The notes under the pieces: model-generated
Databases searched by the model: none
Seen by the model: only the letters and a program-made list of their open reading frames with translations
Told to the model about the DNA's origin: nothing
Origin: Catajapyx aquilonaris
Lineage: Eukaryota
Assembly: GCA_000934665.2 (NCBI GenBank)
Contig: KZ537998.1
Location: 62,001-126,000 of the forward strand
Reading direction: 5' to 3'
DNA length: 64,000 nucleotides
Part shown: one piece after another, positions 40,444 through 52,168 of the stretch
Layout: every line of letters begins with the position of its first letter
Position numbering within the stretch: position 1 is the first letter of the stretch
Translations under genes and position numbers: made by a program

Positions 40444-40760
40444 TGGGGAGACGGAGTGGCGCCGCGGTAACGCGCGCGCCCACGGAAGTTAAGGTCCCGG
40501 GTTCAATCCCCACCCGGGGTTCCCACCTTCTTTCGTGCAGAGTTGGGCCATCTCTGGCTTCGTTTCGGGTGGCAATTTCCGACAGACTAAGCCACCCGGG
40601 GGAGTTCACAAAATGACGATTAGAGACATTGCACTTGCACTTTGCNNNNNNNNNNNNNNNNNNNNNNNNNNNNNNNNNNNNNNNNNNNNNNNNNNNNNNN
40701 CCCCCCCCCCCCCTAAGGAGTACGTAACTCCCCCCGTGGAATAATGCAAAATTAAAAAAC
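40444..40760 (+). mobile_element. tRNA-derived SINE, family 3-related (spans assembly gap)
   Basis: Head GGGGAGACGGAGTGGCGCCGCGGTAAC...GGGTTCAATCCCC, shares AGACATTGCACTTGCAC with 47266-47607, 11-bp TSD AATTAATCAAA. Confidence 0.8.
40646..40700. other. Assembly gap (N run)
   Basis: 55 N characters next to a poly-C tract. Confidence 0.99.
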
Positions 40761-41507
40761 AATTAATCAAAGCCAACATTATGATTCCCTATGCTGCTGA
40801 TAAAGCCTAGACTGATAGACACTTCTATCCCCACGGCGACTGCTTGATACACCTATTGGAATCAAAATTTCAATTAAAATTGCACCGTACGAGCCACATT
40901 TTAAATTTAAAAGGCAGGTCACGTGGAGGGATGTATCCGGTAGGGTATTTTAAACCTTGTGTTTGGAGTCTTTTAGATCGGAAACGAGGAATTTGACACT
41001 AAAAGACATCCATATATAAAAATGACCATAATTATGGAGACTTCGGGGGAAGAACGATCAAGGTCCACCTCAGGTGAAACTGAGATATCCAATTTCAAAC
41101 TTCGAAGGCCCATTCCATTGTAAATCCCACTTTCGGGGCCTTCCATAGTGACCTATGATCATTACTCCACAACCACTACTTATACTTACTTACTCCAAAA
41201 CCACAACCAAACCACCATATTCTAGGCTAGTGAAACTATCTTCTGAGACATGTAACTCATTTTTGACAAAAAGTGGACCTTGATTGTTCATCCCCCGAGG
41301 TCTTCATATGGTCCCTAGGAATTCCGGCAGCATTCTAGAGTCTAGAATGGTGCCGGACTCATTACACACACTCCATATTCATCATGACGTCAGACACAGG
41401 ACTGGCACAAGTTAATTTATTTACATATTTCTTAATATAACTACAGCGCTTTGAAATTTAACAACCCCATTGAAAGTGACCTGTTCTTTAGTCTCAAGGG
41501 CGTATTA

Positions 41508-41677
41508 GGGTGGATTGCGAAGACGGAGTTTAAACCACGGCTCAGTTAGATCGCAGTTTAAACTGGGGTTCCGCTTGCAAAGACGAGGTTTAGCGCAATG
41601 TTTAGCCTGGAGACGAGGTTTAAACCGTGGCTCAATTAGATCGTGGTTTAAACAGGCCACGTCTTTGCAATCCACCC
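41508..41677. mobile_element. PIF/Harbinger (Tourist-like) MITE
   Basis: TIRs GGGTGGATTGCGAAGACG / CGTCTTTGCAATCCACCC, TTA TSD both sides, internal duplicated GTTTAAACCnnGGCTCAnTTAGATCG. Confidence 0.88.
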
Positions 41678-42478
41678 TTAGAGCCTGGTGGTTATGATAT
41701 ATATTATTATCTGTCTTGTTCTACGTAATAATATCGATATGGTACCGCTACATGTTTACTGACAGTTTAGCCCATGTTTGTAATTGTTCCGACCATATTT
41801 CCGAGACAAATATCTGTAATCACTAATCAACATTAAAGCTCCTAACCAGAGGAGACTCTCTGTAATGAAAGTGGTACATTATTGAGATCACTATGCATTT
41901 TCATCCACTCTACTTCATACAAATGTGTGAGGAATACGCAAATTTCCGATCATCTTTCATTTCAGTGCTATACAAAGCCTATAATTTTAACGACATATTA
42001 TTAATGCTATCCTTACTCGTAGTGACATATGCTGCAGTGTAAGCCAGAAATTCTGACTTTCATACAGCTTACAATACACTGTACAGTAGTTTCAGCCATT
42101 AACCTTTTTCGTATATGATTGTGTAGGCCTAAATCCTTTTGAACTATTTGACCGTACCGCCTTCCATGCTGTAATATGATGAATAATTCTTACTCCAATA
42201 TGGCTCCCCCTGTCATCCGCCGAATTCCCCACGCACATATCATAAATAGTTCGACGCAATCCAGAATATCTTGGAATATTTAAAAATCCATTGGCATCAG
42301 CGACGCTTTTCTGCCAGCGCGACAGATCCCCATGGCATTTTGGCATAATCCGGAACCCAACAAGCGAGGCCCGGATAAAAGAAGCGGTGGGAGGGGAGGA
42401 AGGGAGAGAAGGGTTAGGCCCGGATCGATTTCATAATCGCGAGCAGACCTTCATTCCTGCCTGGATGCCCTTGGTTCC

Positions 42479-42650
42479 TATAAAAAGAGCCCAGCCGTTT
42501 GATTCGTGACCTCCCCAAGCCCTGTGAGTTATGCCATCCAAAAATCCCTTCCAGGCTGTCTTTTCTTGGCTGCTGCCGGCAAGGGATTGGTTCCGGCTGA
42601 TGCAGCCTGAGTCAATCCGGGAAGGGTTTCCACCTCACGGGGATTCCCCC
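42479..42650 (+). promoter_or_regulatory. Candidate TATA core promoter with short first exon and downstream AP-1/kappaB-like sites
   Basis: TATAAAA 42479, GTGAGT 42524, TGAGTCA 42608, GGGGATTCCCC 42639, inside a GC-rich non-repetitive island. Confidence 0.25.
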
Positions 42651-43159
42651 TTTCACTTTCGTTGCAACCAGTCCCGGCGCTTACCCCAACGCGGGGGCAG
42701 AGTGGAATTTGCGCTTCCATCAAGATGGGTCAAAGGGCTGGCCCAAAGCCGCACTTTTTATGACTCGTTTCACTCATTAGGCGCTCACTCTCACTTATTT
42801 CAGCTTAATCCATTCAGCCAGCACATGTAGCACCCGCCTCGGGATTTCAGAATCCAAAACAGCATTTCTTTTATAATTTAAAATAAAATTATTAATATAT
42901 TTAAAAATCGAAGGTAAACTTATGTCCGAAAAATATTCAGTCATAAGATCAATTCGCTTTAGCAGAGCTTACGTCACTGCAAGCTTTTTGCCACTTTTAT
43001 ACTGTACAAAGTGTACATACTGCACTGTACAAGTCTAATATTAGGCACAATTTTTCATGGGAATAGATCCCGTAGAATTTGTAACATTTCGTGCCACAAT
43101 TGGGAGTACTTTGAATCACATTCGTTTCATGCAATAAATTGTGAGCCCCTCTCCCACAC

Positions 43160-43471
43160 CTAAATTCCGATATCGACTGGGCTATGAATGGTCAAAATCC
43201 CGCCATGCAGATAGGCCTTCCCCAAGTTTTCAAAGCCCCTAACTTGGCTTTCTGTCTGAGCCTGCATCAGAAATAGATCTGAAGCTGGTTGGTTCTCATA
43301 AATGGTTAAAATATGCGCATAAAAGAAAGCGTTCATATTTCTTTTTAAGCATAACTTTCTTCCCAATAAAGTGCTTGGAATATGGGGGTGTAAACAAGCC
43401 AATAATGCATATAGCATTTTACAATTTTCCCAGGGCATTTTACATGCCATCCCTATGCAATAGTCCATCAT
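43160..43471 (-). pseudogene. Possible Polinton DNA polymerase N-terminal remnant
   Basis: ENCKMLYALLACLHP...QVRGFENL resembles DxKCFxWxILAxLHP...IxKFExxN. Confidence 0.3.
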
Positions 43472-43642
43472 GGGGATGCACCGGCTGCTATACTTTACTC
43501 AGTTTCCTAAGCGCTACCAAACCGTATATCTGACTCGTACCTACTAATTGCATGTGTGCCTATGCGAATTAACATATCCCCGAAGAGGGAGGTCAGAGGA
43601 CTATATAGGACAATGATAATGGTGTTTGTGGTCAGTGTGGTT

Positions 43643-43643
<1 letters not shown>

Positions 43644-43711
<68 letters not shown>
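43644..43711. repeat. (TAT)n microsatellite
   Basis: Directly visible. Confidence 0.97.
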
Positions 43712-43799
43712 GTGTGCCGGCAGTAATTAATCCAGAAGACATAACGGCAAAACATACGTGTGCTGCAAACATGGACAAATGATGAAATACGGTTGTCCT

Positions 43800-43862
43800 T
43801 ATCACGTACCAACGTCAACGACGTTACGTGACGACGGGCGTCGGTGACGTTGGTACGTGATA
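43800..43862. mobile_element. 63-bp hairpin mini-element flanked by 4-bp direct repeat
   Basis: TCCT-[TATCACGTACCAACGTCA...TGACGTTGGTACGTGATA]-TCCT. Confidence 0.65.
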
Positions 43863-46666
43863 TCCTCTAAAAATGTGAATCTGGAATGCGTGGTATTGAA
43901 CCATAATCCGTAAGCGACTGATTGTGGTGTATGATCCGGACGTAATGTCAGAGGAAATGATGGGGATCTCTGCTCCTCTTACATATACCCATTACTCGTG
44001 AGTTATTCACCACCCCGTATGTTATATTTAATGTTAAATTACCAGATCATATGCCGCAAACAATATATTCAATGCATAAAATTTTCCACTCAATTTCCAA
44101 TGTAAAGCTCATCATCGACATCAATCTCGTCCTAAAATAACATGGATGTACCAAACAATATTTATCATATTGCGCTTCTAATCAATAGTCGCAACTGCCT
44201 AGCAGGAAAATAATAACAATGTCATAATGTTACATCATTATGTGTTTCTATGAGCTCCATATTACACTTCATAGTTCATAGTAGTAGTGGATATACACCT
44301 CGTATAATGTATTCCCATGCTTGGGACAATGATGACGTTAATCGTCAATATAATGTAACATTAATACTGGTCAGCATCCGGAGTAGATTCCACCTCCAAC
44401 TTGACCCCTCAGGACGATGAACTACAGTTTTGTTGAAATGTATAGTTTGAAATTCGAAATATACCCCCAAGTGATGGTTGTGTGCCAGAAGACCGTTCCA
44501 ATATCACAATATAAAACCACATTGGCAATTGGTGCAAAATGTGGCGATCTTGGAATACTGCCAAAATTCGGGAGTGTATCATAGGGAATGACCTCACTCA
44601 AAATAATTAGGCTTGGTGCCAATCGGATGTAACAAATGAATGAATTTACGTTACGAAATTAGCAATTAATGGCAGCATTGGGAGTTCAAATATGTACAGT
44701 ACGTGTCAGAAATGTCTGCACTAGTTAGTTATTCCGGCCAGTATATTGGGTACGTGATATTTGTAATTCGACCTGGACTCGACCGTTTAATTGATGGTAA
44801 GCCAATACTTCAGTGTCCCATAATATTGTTATTGCCTTGCTCACTAACTTGTCAATTTAGAGGCCTACATATGGCGAACTGCTGTGGATATTTACTGTGA
44901 ATCAAATATTGTGCAAGTCCGCCTAGATCAAATATTTTTCAGCGCGTTGGATGAAAAAAAAAGTGATACTTGAACACAGCCCTCATCATCAGCTGAAAAA
45001 TGCGCATTTTCAGGCAACTCATATATTGTAGCAATGACATGCAGCTCACTTTCTATTAGTCAAAAATTCTTTGCTAAACTTAAATTTGTATGGCAGTGCA
45101 AGTGTTGAAAATTACGATTTCTCCTTTAGGTTAGTAAAATACGGCATAGTATTAGTAAGCCTATAAACCACTCTCATAATCAGAGCAGAAATTTCCAACA
45201 GAAACTATGATAAAGGCATTCGTAGTCGGTTGCAGGGCTTGCATTGAATTAGCCATCAATGGAATTCAATATACTTCCGTATAACCCGTTACGGTAAATA
45301 TTAGTACGCATTCCAAACTCTCTGGCAGCCACGACGCCACCCCATTGTTGGTCTCAGCCTGGGTTATCATGCCTACGATCCGAGTTCATGCAAAGAGCAC
45401 AATGCCTTGGAGCAAATTGGCATTCAAGCTCCCATATACTTTTTTTATATATAAAAAAACTCCCCACTCCTCCCACCTCCTCCCTTCAACAAATGCAAAA
45501 CAAGGACCTGCCACTGCCACATTGTTTAGCGGGAAAGATTCTCCCCAGCAATTATTGCTGGCGGGGATTTATCCAAGCTCTAAAAAACACACGCTCATTG
45601 TTCCCTCCTTTGCACTTGCCAGCTTTAAGCTCTTCACCTGCTCCTCATTTGTACAGGGTGAGTCATCATCGCTATTAATCAGTAGGCCGCGTTTCTAATT
45701 ATTCACAGTAGAAGCTAACAGATGCGGTTGTGGCAAATGCGCATACGTAGGGGAGGTGAGAAGCGACAGAGGGGTGCCCCCCACTTTGTCTCATCTCAGG
45801 GGCACAATGACAAATGACACAAAACCTGTATTTACCTTCCGTGTTTGTGATATGCTAGAACATTGCACCAATTTAAAATATTCACTTCCGAACTGGAAAA
45901 TTAACCTTCAATTTATTTTTTCAAAACATTCTGGCCTGTTAATAATACACAATGTCCAAAAATGAATAGGAAGCTCCGAGCCACCCAGTGAACTTCCAAG
46001 CTTTTGCTGTATCCCATGGCCCTTAGCTAAGATTCCCACGTGCCAATGAAGCCTAAACCGTGTTGGATTCTCCTTTTTTTCCTTTTTTTCTATCTATCCT
46101 CCACCCCCTATTCCCCCCGCTCTGGTGGGCCCACCACACTAGCCCTCCCTCCCCTGAACTTGATCGATGTGACCGCGGCTTATCCAATTAGTTTTGTTGT
46201 TGTAGCGGGGAAGGTGGCTGCAGGGGAACCTTCCGTTACTCTATTACCCCCATCCCCCAACCAGAAGCTCCCTTCCTATACTACACAGCCAAGTGAATGC
46301 TCAACTAGTGCAGCCAGTGCTTCATTAAGTCAGACCTCTTTTAAACGCGCAACCAGCTTCCACCGACCTTTTTTTTGTGGTTGGGACTAATCATGTCACT
46401 AGGATAACATGGAATCTCTTTTTCCGACGGTCTCTTTGTTTCGGAAGTGAAAAGAAACCCCGGTACAGGCTGGATTCTAGGAAGTTCTGATTGATGCCAA
46501 TCATAAGTTGGCAACTGGATACCAACCTGTTTCATCATGTTCCCTTGGTGGCAAGTGGTCGTAAGCCAAGGGGGCACAAAATATCATTCCTGTAAATGCA
46601 GCCGGTAAACAAAGAATTAACAATAAAATGAGAAAACTCATTACGTAGAAGAAATGCCGGGGGGGG

Positions 46667-46668
<2 letters not shown>

Positions 46669-46718
<50 letters not shown>
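46669..46718. repeat. (GA)n microsatellite with poly-G, just 3' of tRNA copy B
   Basis: Directly visible. Confidence 0.97.
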
Positions 46719-46722
<4 letters not shown>

Positions 46723-46729
46723 AAAAATG

Positions 46730-46811
46730 TGGTGGCAGTGGGATTCGAACCCACGACTCGTGAGAGACTGATGCCTAAAACCAGCGCCTTAGACCGCTCG
46801 GCCACACCACC
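46730..46811 (-). tRNA. tRNA-Leu(TAG), copy B
   Basis: Reverse complement identical to 2418-2499; followed by a T-run terminator on the minus strand. Confidence 0.92.
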
Positions 46812-47048
46812 TTCACTGAAAACAATGCCATAACTGAGCTTTATCAAGGGCTCGAAGTGATGAACATTAAATGTCTTGACTGGAAGCCAAGTTCCTTCAT
46901 TGCATCTGCTTCATAGCTAAGGGAAATATTGCTCTGGGGATCAAGTTACAGGTGATAACGCGCCTTGTCTTCATTGGAGCAGCGTCTGAACGTTACAATG
47001 AATAATAAAATCTTGCAGTCAAATGAGAGTGAGGTCAACTTGATGACA

Positions 47049-47132
47049 TCGGCGGTTTACACATTTAGTGCGTCAGTAAGTAACTACACTACCTAGTGTA
47101 GATACTGACGCACCAAATGTGTAAACCGCCGA
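47049..47132. repeat. Hairpin with 30-bp arms at the distal edge of the tRNA duplication
   Basis: TCGGCGGTTTACACATTTAGTGCGTCAGTA ... TACTGACGCACCAAATGTGTAAACCGCCGA, inner CTACACTA/TAGTGTAG. Confidence 0.9.
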
Positions 47133-47265
47133 AAATGCCTCCTTTTCAATATAGATGGGATATAAGGTGAGATAAACAACTTCCATGCTGATCCGTCTAT
47201 TGCCACACTGTACAAGAAAGGTACGTACGCTCCTTACATGGGTTACAAAAGGTTTAAAAAATACT

Positions 47266-47607
47266 TTTTTTTATGTACCCCGTGATAGGGCCATAGGCCC
47301 TTATAGGGGAGTGGAATACCACCATTTTTTCCTTCAATTTTCTATTTTTCTTCTAACTCCGGTGCAAGGATGAAAGGACATGGGGTAAGGGTAGGGATTT
47401 TTTGGGGAGGGAACATAGGTGCAAGTGCAATGTCTACAAATGGGTCATGTGCTGTTCCCCAGGAGGTTAGGTTGCCAGACACCTCCTTGGTGCAGGTCAG
47501 AGACCCTCCTGACGCAGGTGAAAGGAAAGTTCCCCAGGCGGGGATCGAACCTGGGGCCTTTCACTCAGCAAGCCGAGACGTTACCATCTCGGCCACCACA
47601 CCTCCCC
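47266..47607 (-). mobile_element. tRNA-derived SINE, family 3
   Basis: Head GGGGAGGTGTGGTGGCCGAGATGGTAAC...AGGTTCGATCCCC, A-rich tail, 15-bp TSD GGTTTAAAAAATACT. Confidence 0.9.
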
Positions 47608-49536
47608 GGTTTAAAAAATACTATGTATTAAATTACATTCTAAATAATAATTATAAAATCTGAACAATCACTGTTGGTGGTGAAACCACAATAATTGCAG
47701 GAAGAAGGCCGCCTTCTATAGTCCAAATCTACAAACGGTCCTGCCCAGTACAAGTTACGAGCATTCCCAGCAGATCATGAAAAACCCCTGACACAAAATG
47801 GAGAAAACTGTGCACTTTTGAAAAATGAGCTGACTCATTCCCCAACTTCTTCAGGTCCCTTTGCAGACTCCACCAATAAACCCATCTGTAACCCAGTACA
47901 TGAATCACTGGGAATTAAACCACGCTCCCAGAAGACACGATCCTGGGTTTTTACCTTGACATCAGTGATTTTGTTCCAATATGTCATCAATTGAATCAGT
48001 GTATGCCAACTGCAATTTGAAAATTTTGAGTGATCCCATTATGATGAAGACCTCTTCTTCTCTTGTAGAATCGCCCCATGTGTGTATGTGAGGGGGGGGA
48101 TACATAGGGGAATGGTCCTTGTGTGTGGGTCGTTTGGCAAAATGCTGTGATGCAGTGCTGAGCGAATGGCCAGAAATGGGAGGGAAGCGAGTGAGCCAGG
48201 GAGGGAATCCGCCCCCAGGCCATCCCCCGTTATCAGCGCTGGAAATTGGGCAATTAAATATCGCATGCAGTTTCTCCCTGCAGGCTACTGTTCTCCCCGG
48301 GGCCAATTTCCAGGGAGTGCCAGCGCAGACTTTGTGCCCGGTACTCACTCGACGCGGCGGGGGGATGACTCTGCACTCTACTTGGACCGCCTGGAATCTT
48401 GCCCACCGCGACACAACTTGCACTACAAATCGCCCCTGACTTTCGGCGGGGGAGTGGGGGCTTTATGGCCTGCCAAACGGGAGGGCTCCACACCCTGGCG
48501 ATTGCTGCACCTAACTTTCTCACTCTTCATCTCACCCTGCTACGGGCTTAAATCAACACTGGAAAAGCGGAAAGTACTCCGTGGTTTCCTGCTCCGACAG
48601 TATGGTCAAGTGGCTCAGGCCATGATGACGCTGCATCAGGGGAGCATACTGTCACATGGGGTGGCTTATTACAAGTTGAAGTTTCCTGAGATGCACGACT
48701 GGCATTGAGTAAGCAGGACATCAACTCAGTACAACCCAAACTACAGTACAACCCAAAACACTATGTTTTTGTGATTTCAGAAAGATGTTTTCAATTTAAA
48801 AATACATCAAATTGAATTAAAAAAAGAGGCGAGAGACTATGAAAGTAAGAGCTTAAGGAGATGATGTTCAAAATTACTCGAGGTATATATGTCGTGAGCC
48901 AATTGTACGCGCTGGACCAATAGTCCGCGAGTGAATTGGCAGCCGGCCAACTGTTCTGCCCCCCCCAGCCGCCACCACCCCCGTAACAGCGAAGAATCAG
49001 GATCTGGCATCGCCGCAATTCGTGACGCAAAGGAAGCCGCACTTTTCAAACGGTGCCGTCCTGGCCAAGCGGGTAGAAATTAATATTAGGCCGATGTCAT
49101 TGTCACCGTCATCATTGTCCTGGTCATTACTAAGAGATCGCAGGNCGTTACTGCCCTACACTATTTCCTGGTGTTTGTGGCATGTTACTCATTTTAGTTG
49201 TGCGCAAAGCTAACCCGTTGCAGTAAATGATCATGGAAGAATGAATTCCGAGTTGTTGACATATTATTACTGTAACAGAATGACACAAAACGAGTTGCGT
49301 CTGTGAAATCAATGCAACATTAATAATATATTGTCATCTCCATGCACTCAACACTTGCGTCAAATAATGCAGCGAGAGGAAAGCACTCAACTTGCGGCCA
49401 ATGACTCGTGTCAAAGTTTTGATTTCCAATGACTCAAATGGTGTTCCCAGCAGTGTCACTTTCCCAAGTAAACATGTACAGTTCCGCTCATAAAGAATGG
49501 TACGACTCTATGTACGACGTGTCTATTCTGATTATC

Positions 49537-49800
49537 CAGCATTATTCCCAACCTGATTTCGTCGCGACACTATGGACAACTTGTCCTAGATCTCTGGCGA
49601 CCCACATGACCCCATTCCGACTTTTTCCGAAAAATTTTTATTACCAAAATGTTCAGCCTGGTACAATAGATTTGAGACGAATTATTTGTTCTTACTTTGC
49701 CTTGTTTTTTTCTTCTCTTTTTTCCTTGATTTTAATTGCCTTTTCCCAGCCTTCCTCATGACCCCGAAAAACATGCTGGTGACCCAGGGGTTGGGAACAA
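49537..49800. mobile_element. Degenerate hAT (Charlie-like) MITE nested in the Ginger-like element
   Basis: TTCCCAACCT ... GGGTTGGGAAC ends with internal GCGACCC/GTGACCC motifs. Confidence 0.4.
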
Positions 49801-49929
49801 AACAAACATTTTGTCCATAGAGTCATACCATTCTTAGTACTGTACTTATACTGTGAACGTCCTTAACTGAAACATGAACATGATGTTGTCCCCGTTTCCC
49901 GTAAACGTATAGGCAGGATATTGCTTCCA

Positions 49930-50230
49930 ACGATTTATTGCCACTTAGTGTGTTCTTATGGCATCTCGAGTTACAGAGCATGTTTTTCTGGAAGCAACCA
50001 CATCTAGCAGTTTGGCATCGTACCTTTGACAACTGGCACATGCACTTCCTGAACCCCACCCGAACGCAACCACTGCCTCCCTGACTGACAAAGTCTTATC
50101 CTGACGCACATCATCAAGGGTCACATCACTGCACCAGGGTCTTGCGCAGGTCCTCTTCCCAATGCCAGCCGTTGATGATGCCTTTTCTGGTCCCCATTTG
50201 GAAGAGGCCATGATCATTTGTAGCCATTTT
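49930..50230 (-). pseudogene. Frameshifted C-terminus of KRBA2/SCAND3-like (Ginger-type) integrase protein
   Basis: HGLFQMGTRKGIINGWH / TLDDVRQDKTLSVREA / GFRKCMCQLSKVRCQTARCGCFQKNMLCNSRCHKNTLSGNK. Confidence 0.75.
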
Positions 50231-52074
50231 TCATGAGCGGAACTGTACATGTTTACTTGGGAAAGTGACACTGCTGGGAACACCATTTGAGTCATTGGAA
50301 ATCAAAACTTTGACTCACGAGTCATTGGCCGCAAGTTGAGTGCTTTCCTCTCTCTGCATTATTTGACGCAAGTGTTGAGTGCATGGAGATGACAATTAAT
50401 GTTGCATTGATTTCACAGACACAACTCGTTTTGTGTCATTCTGAACACAGTAATAATATGTCAACAACTCGGAATTCATTCTTCCATGATCATTTACTGC
50501 AACGGGTTAGCTTTGCGCACAACTAAAATGAGTAACATGCCACAAACACCAGGAAATAGTGTAGGGCAGTAACGTTGCAAGGTGCAGTGGCATGTGCACG
50601 GGGGGGCATGACCCCGACCCCCCCCCCCCCACCCCACCCCCCGCGATCTCTTAGTAATGAGCAGGACAATGATGATGATAATGATGACGGTGACAATGAC
50701 ATCGGCCTAATATTAATTTATTTCTACCCGCTTGGCCAGGACGGCTCCGTTTGAAAAGTGCGGCTTCCTTTGCGTCACGAATTGCGGCGATGCCAGATCC
50801 TGATTCTTCGCTGTTACGGGGGTGGTGGCGGCTGGGGGGGGCAGAACAGTTGGCCGGCTGCCAATTCACTCGCGGACTATTGGTCCAGCGCGTACAATTG
50901 GCTCACGACATTTATACTCACATTTGTATTTCATTTCTGCATCTTTTTGTGAGTTATTGTATGTTAACACTAATTAACCAAGTAGTTGGTTAGTTTTGGC
51001 TTCTTGTCTTACACACACTAAGTTGCAGCTCTTTGAAGTTTCTCTAATCAACATAGTGGCCGGAATTATACTATAATAACAGCGCAGCGTATTTTATTGT
51101 AAGTTCGTAGTTTCATTTCACTTACGGTACTGAACTATGGTAGGCACATAAAAGCTATAATGGACTACGGCTACATTCCAAGAGGGAGAGGCAAGTGCCC
51201 CCTACCCATGAAGATGCCCGTAATTTACATTTTATCCCTCCCTCCCCCACTTCTCATCCCCTCTCTCTCCTCTTCCTTCTTTTATGCTGCCCCCCTCTCC
51301 TACTCATCTTTTATTCTTCCTGACCTAACACTAAAATTAATAATGAAGTTCCCCAGCCCTTCACTAGCCTAATATGAGCAAAACTGATCATGAAAGGATG
51401 ATCCTGTCTGACCTTCATATCATAATGCAGTGTAACAAGCGGCCTAACAAATGGAAGGCAGGTCCTATACAGTATAGTCTAGTGCTAGTGTACCTATAGA
51501 GCTCAAAATGATGACGCACAGTAAGCCTACAGGCACTCTGTGCAATCCAAAATGCAGAAACAACGCCGTCTACCACAAACATGTCGTCAGGTTCCAGCAG
51601 CTGACATCAAAGACACCCTACCCAGCCCCTGTTAGCCCTGAGGCCCACATACTATGTGATGTAAAGCCGTCGACAGCGAAGACGGATCTCTTTAGCAGCA
51701 GTCAGAAAATCACAGCTACTTCAACTAGGCGTGAGAAGTTCCGTCACTCAGGTGCATATGGGGCGCAAGTAGCTGACGCAACTGCGTTTCCAACAGTGTT
51801 ATCGACTGTGCAGAAACATTCCTAATTCGCAAGTTGGAAAACGCAGTAAAGTCTGCGGCAATAAAGACTCTTTTCCAGCCCTGTCCTTAAGCGGTGTTGT
51901 AACGTAATGAGTTGGAGGCAACTTTATTGCCTGGAGAGAAAACGACTTCCCTTTAATGCGCCACAGAACACTGCATGGCCTAGTTCAAATGCGTTTCCCT
52001 CTTAATTCACTCTACACCAGCCGGGTGTTATTACACGTCCTATTCTTCCTCAGGCTGCGTTTTGTTACGCCCGC

Positions 52075-52168
52075 ACTACGCTGTGCGTTATGACGTCATA
52101 ATCCCCGTCTTCGACTCACTTCAACGCCAGCCGACACGGGATTATGACGTCATAACGCCCAGCGTAGT
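52075..52168. repeat. Inverted repeat with ~30-bp arms, each containing TTATGACGTCATAA
   Basis: ACTACGCTGTGCGTTATGACGTCATAATCCC ... GGGATTATGACGTCATAACGCCCAGCGTAGT. Confidence 0.88.

Larger units (their letters stand above)
48890..50910 (-). mobile_element. Non-autonomous Ginger-like DNA transposon with ~600-bp inverted arms
   Basis: TGTCGTGAGCC...GGCTCACGACA termini, flanks TATA/TTTA, arms 48890-49502 and 50220-50910 nearly identical, interior encodes an integrase-protein C-terminus. Confidence 0.85.

Noticed and set aside
11200..46050. Scattered Su(H)-like YGTGGGAA sites
   Set aside because: Not clustered or paired; excess over chance cannot be shown by eye
49141..49150. Apparent ~70-bp asymmetry between the Ginger-like arms
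   Set aside because: Coincides with a single N where the other arm has a poly-C tract; likely an assembly gap
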